Below are positions 1 through 8,360 of a stretch of 14,882 nucleotides of DNA, one piece after another. Source of the stretch: Fastidiosibacter lacustris (lineage in GTDB: Bacteria; Pseudomonadota; Gammaproteobacteria; Francisellales; Francisellaceae); NCBI RefSeq assembly GCF_003428155.1, contig NZ_QLIR01000029.1:1-14882 (forward strand), written 5' to 3'. A model generated the notes under the pieces. It made no database searches. It saw nothing but the letters and a program-made list of their open reading frames with translations, and was not told the DNA's origin. Position 1 is the stretch's first letter. The number at the start of each line of letters is the position of its first letter. The translations under genes and the position numbers were made by a program.

Positions 1-67
1 GCTTTTTTACACCTGTTAAACGACGAAACTCATCTGCTGCTAACTTGTTTATCGTTTCCCATCTCAT
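1..67 (-). mobile_element. Partial 5' end of a probable IS5-family transposase (N-terminal HTH); the gene continues beyond the window start
   Basis: Minus-strand ATG at 67..65 is preceded by GGTGGA with 8-nt spacing. Translation is MRWETINKLAADEFRRLTGVKK. The 'L..(D/E)EF(K/R)RLTGV(K/R)' pattern matches what I recall at the N-terminus of IS5-family transposases. Only 22 codons are visible and no terminal inverted repeat could be defined. Confidence 0.4.
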
Positions 68-241
68 TGATCATATCCACCTTTAATTTTTAAATAGCTA
101 TTTTGCTAGATTAAATACGGTTTGGAAAGAACTCTATTGAAAAATCTTCGTGTACAGAGAAATGGTTTGTATGGATGTATGAATCATCAAACAAAACGTA
201 TATAATTAGCCCCACTTAAATTGCCTATCACAAAGGTTAAT

Positions 242-2275
242 ATGCGAAATATTCTTGTTACTAATGCTTTACCGTATGCTAATGGACACTTACATTTAGG
301 GCATATGCTTGGTTATATCCAATCTGATATTTGGGTGAGGTTTCAAAAAATGCGTGGTAATCAATGTCACTTTGTTTGTGGCAGCGATACTCATGGCACA
401 CCTATCATGTTGAAAGCGCAAAATGCAGGTATTAAGCCTGAAAAGCTCGTTGAGCAAATGAGTCAGTCACATCGCGATGATTTTATCGATTTTGAAGTGG
501 AATTTGATAATTATCATTCGACTCATCATCCATTAAATCAAGAAATCGTTGAACAGATTTATTTGAAGTTAAAAGCAAGCCACTTGATTGAAATGCGTGA
601 GATTGCTCAAGCTTATGATCCGAAAGCAAAAATGTTTTTACCGGATCGTTTTGTAAAAGGAACATGCCCAAAATGTAAGGCAGAAGATCAGTATGGTGAT
701 AGCTGTGAAGTTTGTAGCGCCACGTATTCACCTATAGATTTAATTAATCCCAAATCAGTAGTGACTGGTGAAACACCGATTCAAAAAAATAGTGAACACT
801 TCTTTTTTAAATTGAGTAAATTAAGTGAAGATATTCACAAATGGATGAAACATACCAAAGCATTACAACCAGAAGTTCAAAATAAACTAAAAGAGTGGTT
901 TGAATTTGGACTTCAAGACTGGAATATTTCACGTGATGCCCCATATTTTGGTTTTCCTATTCCAGGCACAAATGAGCAAAAATATTTTTATGTATGGTTA
1001 GATGCACCAATGGGTTATATTGCAAGTTTCAAAGATTTATGTAATCGAGCGGGAATTGATTTTGAAAGTTATTGGAAAAAGGATAGCCAAGCTGAGCTGT
1101 ATCACTTTATTGGTAAAGATATTATTTACTTTCATGCACTTTTTTGGCCTGCTATCTTAAATGCAGTGAATTATCGTACACCAACGGGAATTTTTGCTAA
1201 CGGATTTTTAACCGTAAATGGTAAAAAAATGTCTAAGTCGCGTGGAACATTTATTGCAGCGCGTACGTATTTACATCATTTGAAGGCGGAGTATTTGCGT
1301 TATTATTTTGCCAGTAAATTAACGCCACGTATTGATGATATTGACTTAAATTTAGAAGACTTTGTTCAAAAGGTAAATTCGGATGTAGTTGGTAAAGTTG
1401 TTAACATTGCAAGTAGGTGTGCTGGGTTCATTAATAAGCAGTTTAATGGGGTGTTAGCTTCACACATTCAAGACCAACAAATCGTTGAACGTTTTCATGC
1501 GATGCATGAAGAAATTACTCAATTATTTGAAAAACGTGATTTTGCTCAGGCTTTACGGATTATTATGAACTTAGCAGATCAAGCGAATCAGTATATTGAT
1601 TATCATAAACCTTGGCAGTTAAATAAAACAGAAGGTCATGAGGCATTAGTGCATGATGTTTGCAGCCTTGGTATTAACTTATTTAAGATCATAATTGGAT
1701 ATTTAAAGCCAATTATGCCTGAGTTAACATTAAAAGCCGAAGGTTTTTTAAATATCAATCAAATGCAATGGGCGGAAATTCCTAACTTGCTTTTTAATCA
1801 TAAAATCAATGCGTTTAAACCATTAATTGATAGAGTTGAAGCAGAGAAAATTGAATTAATTATCGAGGAAACAAAAAAGATGCAAACAGAAGCAATGTCA
1901 GTTAAAGAAACACAAAAAGCTCAAGTGACAAAAAACAGTTTAAATATTGCAGATGAAATTAAAATTGATGATTTCTTAAAAGTCGATTTACGTATTGCTA
2001 AAATTATCGAAGCTGACCATGTTGAAGGATCCGACAAACTTTTGCGTTTGAAGCTTGATTTAGGTCAAGAGCAAAGACAAGTTTTTTCTGGCATTAAATC
2101 GGCGTATAGTCCAGAGAAATTAGTTGGAAAGCATACGGTAGTGGTGGCTAATTTGGCGCCTCGTAAAATGCGTTTTGGTATATCAGAAGGGATGGTATTG
2201 TGTGCAGGAGAGGGGGATTCGTTATATTTACTCGAGCCTGATGAAGGTGCATTACCAGGTATGCGAATTGGCTAA
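242..2275 (+). CDS. metG: Methionine--tRNA ligase (class I aaRS with C-terminal tRNA-binding domain)
   Basis: Contains the HIGH-type motif '[11 protein letters not shown]', the KMSKS motif 'GKKMSKSRG' and a zinc knuckle 'CPKCK...CEVC'. The C-terminal domain 'DLRIAKI...[10 protein letters not shown]...[20 protein letters not shown]' is EMAP/Trbp111-like. The ORF track starts at TTG 221. ATG 242 ([15 protein letters not shown]), with AAGG 5-6 nt upstream, is the more likely start. A TATAAT hexamer lies at 201-206. Confidence 0.97.
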   Translation: MRNILVTNALPYANGHLHLGHMLGYIQSDIWVRFQKMRGNQCHFVCGSDTHGTPIMLKAQNAGIKPEKLVEQMSQSHRDDFIDFEVEFDNYHSTHHPLNQEIVEQIYLKLKASHLIEMREIAQAYDPKAKMFLPDRFVKGTCPKCKAEDQYGDSCEVCSATYSPIDLINPKSVVTGETPIQKNSEHFFFKLSKLSEDIHKWMKHTKALQPEVQNKLKEWFEFGLQDWNISRDAPYFGFPIPGTNEQKYFYVWLDAPMGYIASFKDLCNRAGIDFESYWKKDSQAELYHFIGKDIIYFHALFWPAILNAVNYRTPTGIFANGFLTVNGKKMSKSRGTFIAARTYLHHLKAEYLRYYFASKLTPRIDDIDLNLEDFVQKVNSDVVGKVVNIASRCAGFINKQFNGVLASHIQDQQIVERFHAMHEEITQLFEKRDFAQALRIIMNLADQANQYIDYHKPWQLNKTEGHEALVHDVCSLGINLFKIIIGYLKPIMPELTLKAEGFLNINQMQWAEIPNLLFNHKINAFKPLIDRVEAEKIELIIEETKKMQTEAMSVKETQKAQVTKNSLNIADEIKIDDFLKVDLRIAKIIEADHVEGSDKLLRLKLDLGQEQRQVFSGIKSAYSPEKLVGKHTVVVANLAPRKMRFGISEGMVLCAGEGDSLYLLEPDEGALPGMRIG

Positions 2276-2758
2276 GTTTTGTTTGAGAATAAGCGTGTTG
2301 TCTTTTTGAATCATTTCAAGCTGTCTTAATGCGCTCATACCAAGCAAAATGAAATCATCGTCACTACTTGGGTTGATACTTGCTCGTACATCATTCAAAA
2401 CAATGTTCCCAATGGTAAGCGTTTTAACGTAAGTTTGGTATACAGTAATATTGCCATTTGCTGTACTGACGGTGTAGCCTAAACCTTTTTTTAAGCCAAC
2501 TTTTTTTGCAATTTCCTCAGGAATGGAAACTGAAGTAGCACCTGTATCAATTAAAAACTTCACCTTAAGGTCATTGATTGTGCCATAGCTCATATAATGG
2601 TGATTATAAGCACGTAACGTTACGATTTTTTCGCTTTTGCTTTTCTCAATAAAAGGGGTCAGTGCTGTATTTTCTTTATACTGTAAATATGAATGGGCAA
2701 TATACGTTATAAGGATAAAGACAATAACCCAAAAAGCATACATAAATCGTTTTTGCAT
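2252..2758 (-). CDS. Membrane-anchored retropepsin-like (clan AA) aspartic protease, TIGR02281-like
   Basis: An N-terminal hydrophobic helix ([18 protein letters not shown]) is followed by the retropepsin signature '[13 protein letters not shown]' and 'ILLGMSAL'. The start lies 3 nt after the darP stop, suggesting an operon or translational coupling. The 3' end overlaps the metG 3' end by 24 nt. Confidence 0.8.
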   Translation of the reverse strand: MQKRFMYAFWVIVFILITYIAHSYLQYKENTALTPFIEKSKSEKIVTLRAYNHHYMSYGTINDLKVKFLIDTGATSVSIPEEIAKKVGLKKGLGYTVSTANGNITVYQTYVKTLTIGNIVLNDVRASINPSSDDDFILLGMSALRQLEMIQKDNTLILKQNLANSHTW

Positions 2759-2761
2759 AGG

Positions 2762-3286
2762 TTACTGCATCGTTTCTTTGAGTAATTGAAATATTTGGCG
2801 GTAGGATTTCAGCGGTTTTTGTTGTGAAATTTCTTTGTGGTGGTTGCGAATAAGTTGACGCAATTGCTGAACATCAATATTGGGATAATCACTCATAAGC
2901 TTATTAAGTGCATCTTTGGTGGTGTGTTCGTTTACAAGCTCATCACGCAACTGCTCTAAACGGTGCAATTTTGCGCTTTGAGCATGATTTTTTTGGGTAA
3001 ACCCTTCGTAAATTTCATAAGCTTTTTCTAAATCAGTATTGCGCATAAGCTTGCCGATATATTGAATTTGGCGTTTTAAAGCAATACGTTGCATTGATTT
3101 TGCTTTTAAAATTTCATCAATTATTTTTTCATCAATCGGAAGCTTTTTAATACGTTCTTCACTTAATTCAATTAATTTCTTACCAAAGTCTGTAGTACTA
3201 TGTGCTTCTTTTTTTATTTGGGTTCGACTTTTTTGTTCATTGGTGGCATCATAATGATCGCCATTTGCATAATACTCTTGGATCAT
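2762..3286 (-). CDS. darP: Ribosome-associated protein YjgA/DarP (DUF615 family)
   Basis: 174 aa, highly charged and helical. The stretch 'SRTQIKKEAHSTTDFGKKLIELSEERIKKLPIDE...ALKRQIQYIGKLMR...' matches the characteristic YjgA layout of gamma- and betaproteobacteria. Confidence 0.85.
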   Translation of the reverse strand: MIQEYYANGDHYDATNEQKSRTQIKKEAHSTTDFGKKLIELSEERIKKLPIDEKIIDEILKAKSMQRIALKRQIQYIGKLMRNTDLEKAYEIYEGFTQKNHAQSAKLHRLEQLRDELVNEHTTKDALNKLMSDYPNIDVQQLRQLIRNHHKEISQQKPLKSYRQIFQLLKETMQ

Positions 3287-3488
3287 CGCTCGTTTTCAGT
3301 AGGGTTTTAGCGTAAGGATATGTAGAATCATATCATATAAATCATTATTATAAAGAGAGGTTTTAACATGGATGAACGTAAAATCAACATAGCTCGTTAA
3401 TGTTTTTAATAGGATTTTGTCATAATGATGTGTAGAATAACACACCCATTCTTGAAGTCTCAGAAACCTTTATTAGGAGGATATTTAA

Positions 3489-4748
3489 ATGTTTGATCGT
3501 TGTGTGTCTATTGCAAAATTTGATCCAGAGCTATTTCAAGCAATTGAAAAAGAAAATAAACGCCAACAAGAACATATTGAATTAATCGCTTCAGAAAACT
3601 ATGCAAGCCCAGCAGTAATGGAGGCGCAAGGTTCTCAACTTACTAACAAATACGCTGAAGGTTATGCCGGTAAGCGCTATTATGGTGGGTGTGAATATGT
3701 TGATGTTGCTGAAGAATTGGCCGTTTCTCGTTTAAAAGAGTTGTTTGGAGCAGATTATGCTAATGTACAACCACATTCAGGGTCACAAGCAAATGCAGCT
3801 GTTTATTTCGCACTTTTGCAACCTGGAGATACTGTTTTGGGTATGTCTTTAGCGCATGGTGGGCATTTGACTCATGGTGCAAAGGTAAATTTTTCAGGTA
3901 GGTTATTTAATGCTGTTCAATATGGTTTAGATCCTAAAACTGGTGATATTGATTATGCTGAAGTGGAACGTTTGGCAAAAGAGCATAAGCCTAAAATGAT
4001 TATTGCAGGCTTTTCGGCTTTTTCTGGAATTGTGAATTGGAAAAAATTCAGAGAAATTGCCGATCAAGTTGGTGCATATTTAATGGTTGATATGGCACAT
4101 GTTGCAGGTTTAATTGCAGCAGGAGTATATCCGAATCCTATAGCTTATGCCGATGTTGTAACAAGTACCACTCACAAAACATTACGAGGTCCGCGAGGTG
4201 GAATCATTCTTGCTAAATCAAATCCTGAGCTCGAGAAAAAGTTTCAATCGATCGTATTTCCAGGCACACAAGGTGGACCACTTATGCACGTTATTGCAGC
4301 AAAAGCCGTGGCATTTAAAGAAGCGCTTTCGCCTGAGTTTAAAACCTATCAACAGCAAGTTGTTAAAAATGCTAAGAAAATGGCTGAAGTTATTATGTCG
4401 CGTGGTGTGAATATTGTATCAAATGGCACCGAAAATCACTTAATATTGATTGATTTAATTAGTAAGAACAGTACAGGGAAAGATGTTGAAATGGCACTGG
4501 GGCGTGCTAATATTACGGTCAATAAAAATTCCGTGCCTAATGATCTGCGTTCTCCATTTGTTACAAGTGGGCTACGTATTGGAACACCTGCGATTACAAC
4601 ACGTGGCTTGAAAGAAAAAGAGTGCACCCAAATTGCACATTGGATATGTGATATTATCGATAACCTTGGCGATGAGAAACTGGAGGTAGATATTAAGCAG
4701 AAAGTGATTGATTTATGTACGCATTTTCCTGTGTATAGTAATACTTAA
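3489..4748 (+). CDS. glyA: Serine hydroxymethyltransferase
   Basis: 'ELIASENY', '[10 protein letters not shown]', the PLP-lysine motif '[15 protein letters not shown]' and '[20 protein letters not shown]' are all present. A strong SD (AGGAGG) lies upstream of the ATG at 3489. Confidence 0.97.
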   Translation: MFDRCVSIAKFDPELFQAIEKENKRQQEHIELIASENYASPAVMEAQGSQLTNKYAEGYAGKRYYGGCEYVDVAEELAVSRLKELFGADYANVQPHSGSQANAAVYFALLQPGDTVLGMSLAHGGHLTHGAKVNFSGRLFNAVQYGLDPKTGDIDYAEVERLAKEHKPKMIIAGFSAFSGIVNWKKFREIADQVGAYLMVDMAHVAGLIAAGVYPNPIAYADVVTSTTHKTLRGPRGGIILAKSNPELEKKFQSIVFPGTQGGPLMHVIAAKAVAFKEALSPEFKTYQQQVVKNAKKMAEVIMSRGVNIVSNGTENHLILIDLISKNSTGKDVEMALGRANITVNKNSVPNDLRSPFVTSGLRIGTPAITTRGLKEKECTQIAHWICDIIDNLGDEKLEVDIKQKVIDLCTHFPVYSNT

Positions 4749-4796
4749 TTGTATAAAGCTTTTTTTTTTTGGAAAAACTCGCTTAAGTTTCTATTT

Positions 4797-5450
4797 TTAA
4801 ATTTTTAACATTAATATTGCAACTAACAATAATAAACATGACATGCACCGATAAATAATCTTTCTACTAAACCGGTTTGCAAGTTGTTTTTGTATGTTTT
4901 GCCCAAAATAGCTATAGGTTATTCCGCTTAGGCATTGCATGATCAGAAATGTAACTGCCAAAGTTAGGGTATTTGTAAATATACCACCATCTGTATCAGT
5001 AAACTGTGGAATAACGGTACTAAATAAGATAATTGTTTTGGGATTTGAAGCAGCAACTAACGCTCCTTTAAAATACATACTATTAAAAAACCGCCATTGA
5101 TATTTTTTAAAGGATACAGTTGGTTTTTTGATTATTGCTTCTGATGATGCCGTTTGCCACTGCTTCCAAGCTAAGTAAAGTATGTATGAAACACCTATTA
5201 TTTGTATGAATTTTAGAATAAATTCATATTTGAGAAAAACAGCAGTAAGACCAACAGTAAAAATTAATAATGATACTAAATATGCACTGCTTGCCCCTAG
5301 CTGAGCAAATAAGGTTTTTGTGAACCCATTGTTTGCAGCAACAGTCATTAAGAATATTGTCATAGGTCCTGGGCTAAAAACCATAAGTGTACAAAATATA
5401 AGGTAGTATAAATAATTTTCAATTAACATATTTGTATTAAATAACCTCAT
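4797..5450 (-). CDS. LysE/RhtB-family amino-acid exporter
   Basis: A polytopic hydrophobic protein of about 210 aa with the family-typical N-terminal 'SPGP' motif (FSPGPMTIFL). The start may be the internal Met at 5429 (MLIENYL...), which would remove the 14-nt overlap with ORF 5437..5736. Confidence 0.85.
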   Translation of the reverse strand: MRLFNTNMLIENYLYYLIFCTLMVFSPGPMTIFLMTVAANNGFTKTLFAQLGASSAYLVSLLIFTVGLTAVFLKYEFILKFIQIIGVSYILYLAWKQWQTASSEAIIKKPTVSFKKYQWRFFNSMYFKGALVAASNPKTIILFSTVIPQFTDTDGGIFTNTLTLAVTFLIMQCLSGITYSYFGQNIQKQLANRFSRKIIYRCMSCLLLLVAILMLKI

Positions 5451-5736
5451 ATTGCAGTGAGTGATAAATATCCTTTATTTCCTGTAGGGTTTGATGCGTT
5501 GTAATCCCACGTGTTTCAAATGCAATTAAACCTTTCCATTTGCATTCGATTATTGTTTCTACAATTTGTTTATAATTAAGCGTTCCTTCATCTAAGTACC
5601 AATGTGAGCAGCCAGAATCCGCTGCTTCAACTACTGCCAATTCTGCACTTAAATATTTTTGATGAGCAAAGCCGAGCATAAATGGCAACCCATAGTTAAT
5701 TGTGCGATTGGTTGTTTTATTTCTCCATTTCTCCAT
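5437..5736 (-). CDS. Hypothetical 99-aa ORF; possibly a C-terminal remnant of a xylose-isomerase-like TIM-barrel (sugar-phosphate isomerase/epimerase) protein
   Basis: 'CSHWYLDEGTLNYKQIVETIIECKWKGLIAFETRG' resembles the C-terminal 'H.H.D...G.g.id...i...L...gY.G....E' segment of AP-endonuclease-2/xylose-isomerase-like TIM barrels, which are normally about 260-280 aa. The AGGAG lies only 2 nt from the ATG (poor spacing), and upstream sequence is AT-rich and stop-filled. Confidence 0.3.
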   Translation of the reverse strand: MEKWRNKTTNRTINYGLPFMLGFAHQKYLSAELAVVEAADSGCSHWYLDEGTLNYKQIVETIIECKWKGLIAFETRGITTHQTLQEIKDIYHSLQYEVI

Positions 5737-6071
5737 TTCTCCTAAATTAAATATGATCTGAGAGAAGAATTATATTGTTTTTTGTTATAAATTGTCAAAT
5801 AATAATTATAATTTCTCTTTAATATTGTATTTTGTTGTGTAGTTTGTAATTTTTAATTCAAAATAAAAAATAGTTTACATTTAATGAATTTTTTCAACAA
5901 TTTATTTTCAATTAACTCAACTTAATAACCATTAAGGTCGTTATAGAAATAAGTTTTGAGCGAAACAACCAGAATATTTGATAAAATAAAATATCTGTTA
6001 AAACCTGTTCAAAGTCTGTTATGATCTCCTAAAGTCTACGTTTTTAAATTCCAACAGGGAGGGGAGTTGAA

Positions 6072-6140
6072 ATGCGAAAACGCTATCCAAATAAGTTAGA
6101 TATGAACGTTATGGTTAAATCACTTTTAGTTTTTGTATAA
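6072..6140 (+). CDS. Candidate 22-codon small ORF or leader peptide (MRKRYPNKLDMNVMVKSLLVFV)
   Basis: The only G-rich element in the 560-bp intergenic region is a strong SD (GGGAGGGGAG, 6057-6066) placed 5 nt before ATG 6072. The peptide has a basic N-terminus and a hydrophobic C-terminus. There is no homology evidence. Confidence 0.2.
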   Translation: MRKRYPNKLDMNVMVKSLLVFV

Positions 6141-6300
6141 ATTTTGCTAATATGCTCATATTCTAAATGAAAGACTTCTTCTATAATATGTAAGTTCTAC
6201 AAAGTATGCTTTTATGCTTCCATAAGTTGATCAGTTTTGTTATGCTGTGATAGCAATAAATAATGTTGCCTAAATTAATAACCAAATAGAGAAAATAAAT

Positions 6301-6507
6301 ATGAGTAAATTACAAGGTACAGTGAAGTTTTTTAATGATGCAAAAGGATTTGGATTCATTCAACCGAGCAATGGTAGTAAAGATGTTTTTGTACATATAA
6401 CAAACTTGGATGCTACAGGTGGCACTTTACAAGAGGGTCAAACTGTAGCTTTTGTAGCAAAGCAAGGTCAAAAAGGTATGGAAGCTGTTAATGTTGAATT
6501 AGTTTAA
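6301..6507 (+). CDS. cspA: Cold-shock domain protein (CspA family)
   Basis: 68 aa with RNP1 'KGFGFI' and RNP2 'VFVHI' motifs and the typical 'GTVKFFN' start. Confidence 0.95.
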   Translation: MSKLQGTVKFFNDAKGFGFIQPSNGSKDVFVHITNLDATGGTLQEGQTVAFVAKQGQKGMEAVNVELV

Positions 6508-6716
6508 TGCCTAAAATAAGGGTTGATGATCGCAGACCTTTTGAGGTTAATTTAAGGCAATTTAAACGTGCGTGTGAAAAAGCGGGCATTATTAAAGAGC
6601 TACGAGAAAGAAAGCATTATATTAAACCAACAGAGCAACGGAAGATTGCAAAAAGAGTGGCAATAAGTCGCACAAAGAAAGCTGCCAAAATGGCATTACG
6701 CCCAAGATTTAGTTAA
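6507..6716 (+). CDS. rpsU: 30S ribosomal protein S21
   Basis: 69 aa: '[50 protein letters not shown]...' follows the S21 pattern (E. coli has 'PFDVALRRFKRSCEKAGV...EVRRREFYEKPT.ERKR'). The ATG overlaps the cspA stop (TAATG) and there is no independent SD. Confidence 0.95.
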   Translation: MPKIRVDDRRPFEVNLRQFKRACEKAGIIKELRERKHYIKPTEQRKIAKRVAISRTKKAAKMALRPRFS

Positions 6717-6818
6717 AAAACTAAAAGCACCTGATCGAAAAGGTGTAACTTTAATAAGATCAGTGATCGCAACAATATTTTGAGTGTCTTACTCTCTATG
6801 TAAGTCTAAACGCTAACA

Positions 6819-7042
6819 TTATATAATACATTCGTTTGTTTTAACTCTTTTATGTGCTTCCCAAATAATTTGCTTGGGAATATTATCAAAAGGCTTTGTT
6901 GATATTAAATTTATTTCTTCCATATTACGTTTGACTCATTTCTAAACAACGGCATGCCCGAAATATTTTGATAAAACGCAATTGATTCTTCTAAATTATT
7001 AACGTGGATCATAATAGGTGCCAAGCGCATAATATTACTCAT
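6819..7042 (-). pseudogene. Degraded VOC (glyoxalase/bleomycin-resistance/dioxygenase) family gene remnant in two frames
   Basis: Minus-strand ORF 7042..6911 encodes MSNIMRLAPIMIHVNNLEESIAFYQNISGMPLFRNESNVIWKK*. Its core 'M.L..IMIHV.NLEESI.FY.N..GM.L' is the canonical first beta-alpha unit of VOC/glyoxalase I proteins. Reading continues in another frame (6923..6819: MEEINLISTKPFDNIPKQIIWEAHKRVKTNECII*). The total is far shorter than a normal domain of about 125 aa, and no SD is present. Confidence 0.45.
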
Positions 7043-7150
7043 AAACTTTGATAGATATGAATCAAGATGGTAAGGAATCAATGGTGATCATACAATCAAA
7101 AATGAGCATAAAAGAGAGAAAATTTATATGATATTTTAGGTAGGCAAGCA

Positions 7151-8008
7151 CTAAGCTTTTAGCTTTTTAACTAAAACGTCTTGTTTGGCATGATGTAAGA
7201 CGGCGTTAGCTGTTGAACCTAAAAAGAAGCGACCAAGTGCACCACGCTGATGACTCCCAATCACAATAAGACCATAGCCATGTGATTTGGCTGTTTCAGT
7301 GATTTCATCTGCTGCGTTACCTGTTTGCAAATAACGTTGACCTTTAAAACCATATTGCATTGACCATTCATCTAATTTTTTTTGCATGTCTTCAGTCAAC
7401 TGAGTTTGCACCTCAGGCACAATGCCATAAATACCAGTAACAATGGTTGGATCTCCTTGAACACAAATTGTCGAAACAGAGGAATTGAATGTGGTTGCTA
7501 TTTTTTTAGCAAGTTTAGCAACTTCAGCACTATCGTCTTCTAAATCAGTAGCCAATAAAATCTTGTTATAGTTGGTAACTAAATTGGGATGATCTTCTTG
7601 AATGCGTACAGTTAATACATCACATTTTGATTTATGTAAAACGCTGTTTGCAGTTGAACCCAATAAAAGGTTTAGACCATGACGTGCATGAGAGCCAATA
7701 ATCACCAAATCGCAACCATTTTCTTCAGCATAATGTGTGACTTCATGATTAGGGTTGCCTTGTGCTATATGAAACTCTGCTCTTATTCCTTCAAATTGCG
7801 GCTTGATTGCTTGTAATTTTTGTCTTGCATTTTCTTGTAAGCTCTTTTGAAAATCCATTGCAGCTGGAACAAATTCAGCAGTATTATCAATAACGGTCAT
7901 AATATCAAGTTGCAAATGAAGTTTTTGAGCAATTGATTTAGCTGAATCAAGTATATGTTGAAAATCTTCATATATATTGATGGCAACAAGTGCTTTTTTA
8001 TATGACAT
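7151..8008 (-). CDS. Tandem-domain universal stress protein (UspA superfamily, UspE-like architecture)
   Basis: Two Usp domains are present. Each ends in the ATP-binding-type motif 'G.H....LLGSTANSVLH...CDVL.V' (first) and 'GSHQRGALGRFFLGSTANAVLHHAKQDVLV' (second). SD GGGAG lies 8 nt upstream of ATG 8008. Confidence 0.9.
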   Translation of the reverse strand: MSYKKALVAINIYEDFQHILDSAKSIAQKLHLQLDIMTVIDNTAEFVPAAMDFQKSLQENARQKLQAIKPQFEGIRAEFHIAQGNPNHEVTHYAEENGCDLVIIGSHARHGLNLLLGSTANSVLHKSKCDVLTVRIQEDHPNLVTNYNKILLATDLEDDSAEVAKLAKKIATTFNSSVSTICVQGDPTIVTGIYGIVPEVQTQLTEDMQKKLDEWSMQYGFKGQRYLQTGNAADEITETAKSHGYGLIVIGSHQRGALGRFFLGSTANAVLHHAKQDVLVKKLKA

Positions 8009-8173
8009 AGATTAACTCCCTAGATTTTTTCCATTAAACTAATTTCACGAAGCTAGTGTAGCATACTTTAAGTTAACTGCTAGTGTGTTTTGTTTTTATA
8101 AAACTATTCTAAATCAATAATTGTATAATTTTTAAATATAACCTGGAATCTTTATTTGTGTTGATTTAATATT

Positions 8174-8197
8174 TTTGACATTTGCTCAAATGTCAAA
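8174..8197. promoter_or_regulatory. Perfect 10-bp inverted repeat TTTGACATTT-GCTC-AAATGTCAAA (operator-like; carries TTGACA on both strands)
   Basis: Read directly from the sequence: 8174-8183 is the exact reverse complement of 8188-8197. It sits in the divergent region between the usp gene (-) and the protease-like gene (+). On the minus strand, TTGACA is followed after 17 nt by AATATT, a possible -10 element for usp. Confidence 0.35.
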
Positions 8198-8360
8198 CAA
8201 GATAATCTTACCTATCTGTTTAAAGGAAGCTGAAATTTGCTGCTAAATGACAGGGTAATAGGGCTAAAGGAATAAATCTTAGTAGATTAGTCATTTTGAT
8301 GACTTTAATTCAATGGTCTTGATCTTGCAAACATATCTTATTTACACTGAATTCACTAAC

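Noticed and set aside
71-80. DnaA-box-like 9-mer (ATATCCACC versus TTATCCACA) near the window start.
   Set aside because: A single imperfect copy overlapping the transposase SD region, with no cluster or AT-rich unwinding element to suggest an origin.
483-731. 82-aa antisense ORF inside metG. The same applies to 4198..4410 and 4436..4627 inside glyA, 9466..9687 inside the MFS gene, 11024..11206 and 11372..11779 inside the ligase gene, and 14303..14515 inside the SBP gene.
   Set aside because: All lie fully within strongly supported genes, in alternative or antisense frames. They have no SD or recognisable motifs and show low-complexity composition typical of shadow ORFs in AT-rich DNA.
3287-3488. 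Possible riboswitch (ZTP/pfl or similar) or leader peptide (MDERKINIAR, 3368-3400) upstream of glyA. The 8-mer TGTAGAAT is duplicated at about 3322 and about 3432.
   Set aside because: No GC-rich conserved cores (for example CCGCCTGGGC of the ZTP motif) are present, the region is AT-rich and unstructured by eye, and the 10-codon ORF has only a weak SD. The TAGAAT hexamers are plausible -10 boxes for the divergent darP and glyA promoters but lack convincing -35 partners.
4749-4796. T11 homopolymer (4760-4770) preceded by the palindrome AAAGCTTT, between convergent glyA and the LysE-family gene; considered as a bidirectional intrinsic terminator.
   Set aside because: There is no stable GC-containing stem with a loop. 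AAAGCTTT has no loop and only A/T-rich pairing. It may still aid termination, but this cannot be supported from sequence alone.
6727-6746. Short hairpin (G)CACCT-gatcgaaa-AGGTG(T) after rpsU as a terminator, and the CTGATC/GATCAG repeat at 6731-6764.
   Set aside because: The stem is only 5-6 bp and is followed by AACTTTA rather than a U-tract, which is too weak to call.
6819-6923. 'QIIWEAHKRVKTNEC' initially looked like the 'L..A...VK.NKG..G.DG' N-terminus of a group II intron or retron reverse transcriptase.
   Set aside because: No G.DG, YADD or other RT motifs follow in any frame. No GUGCG-type intron 5' end or structured RNA is nearby. The adjacent upstream frame clearly encodes a VOC-type module, so the fragment is better explained as part of that decayed gene.
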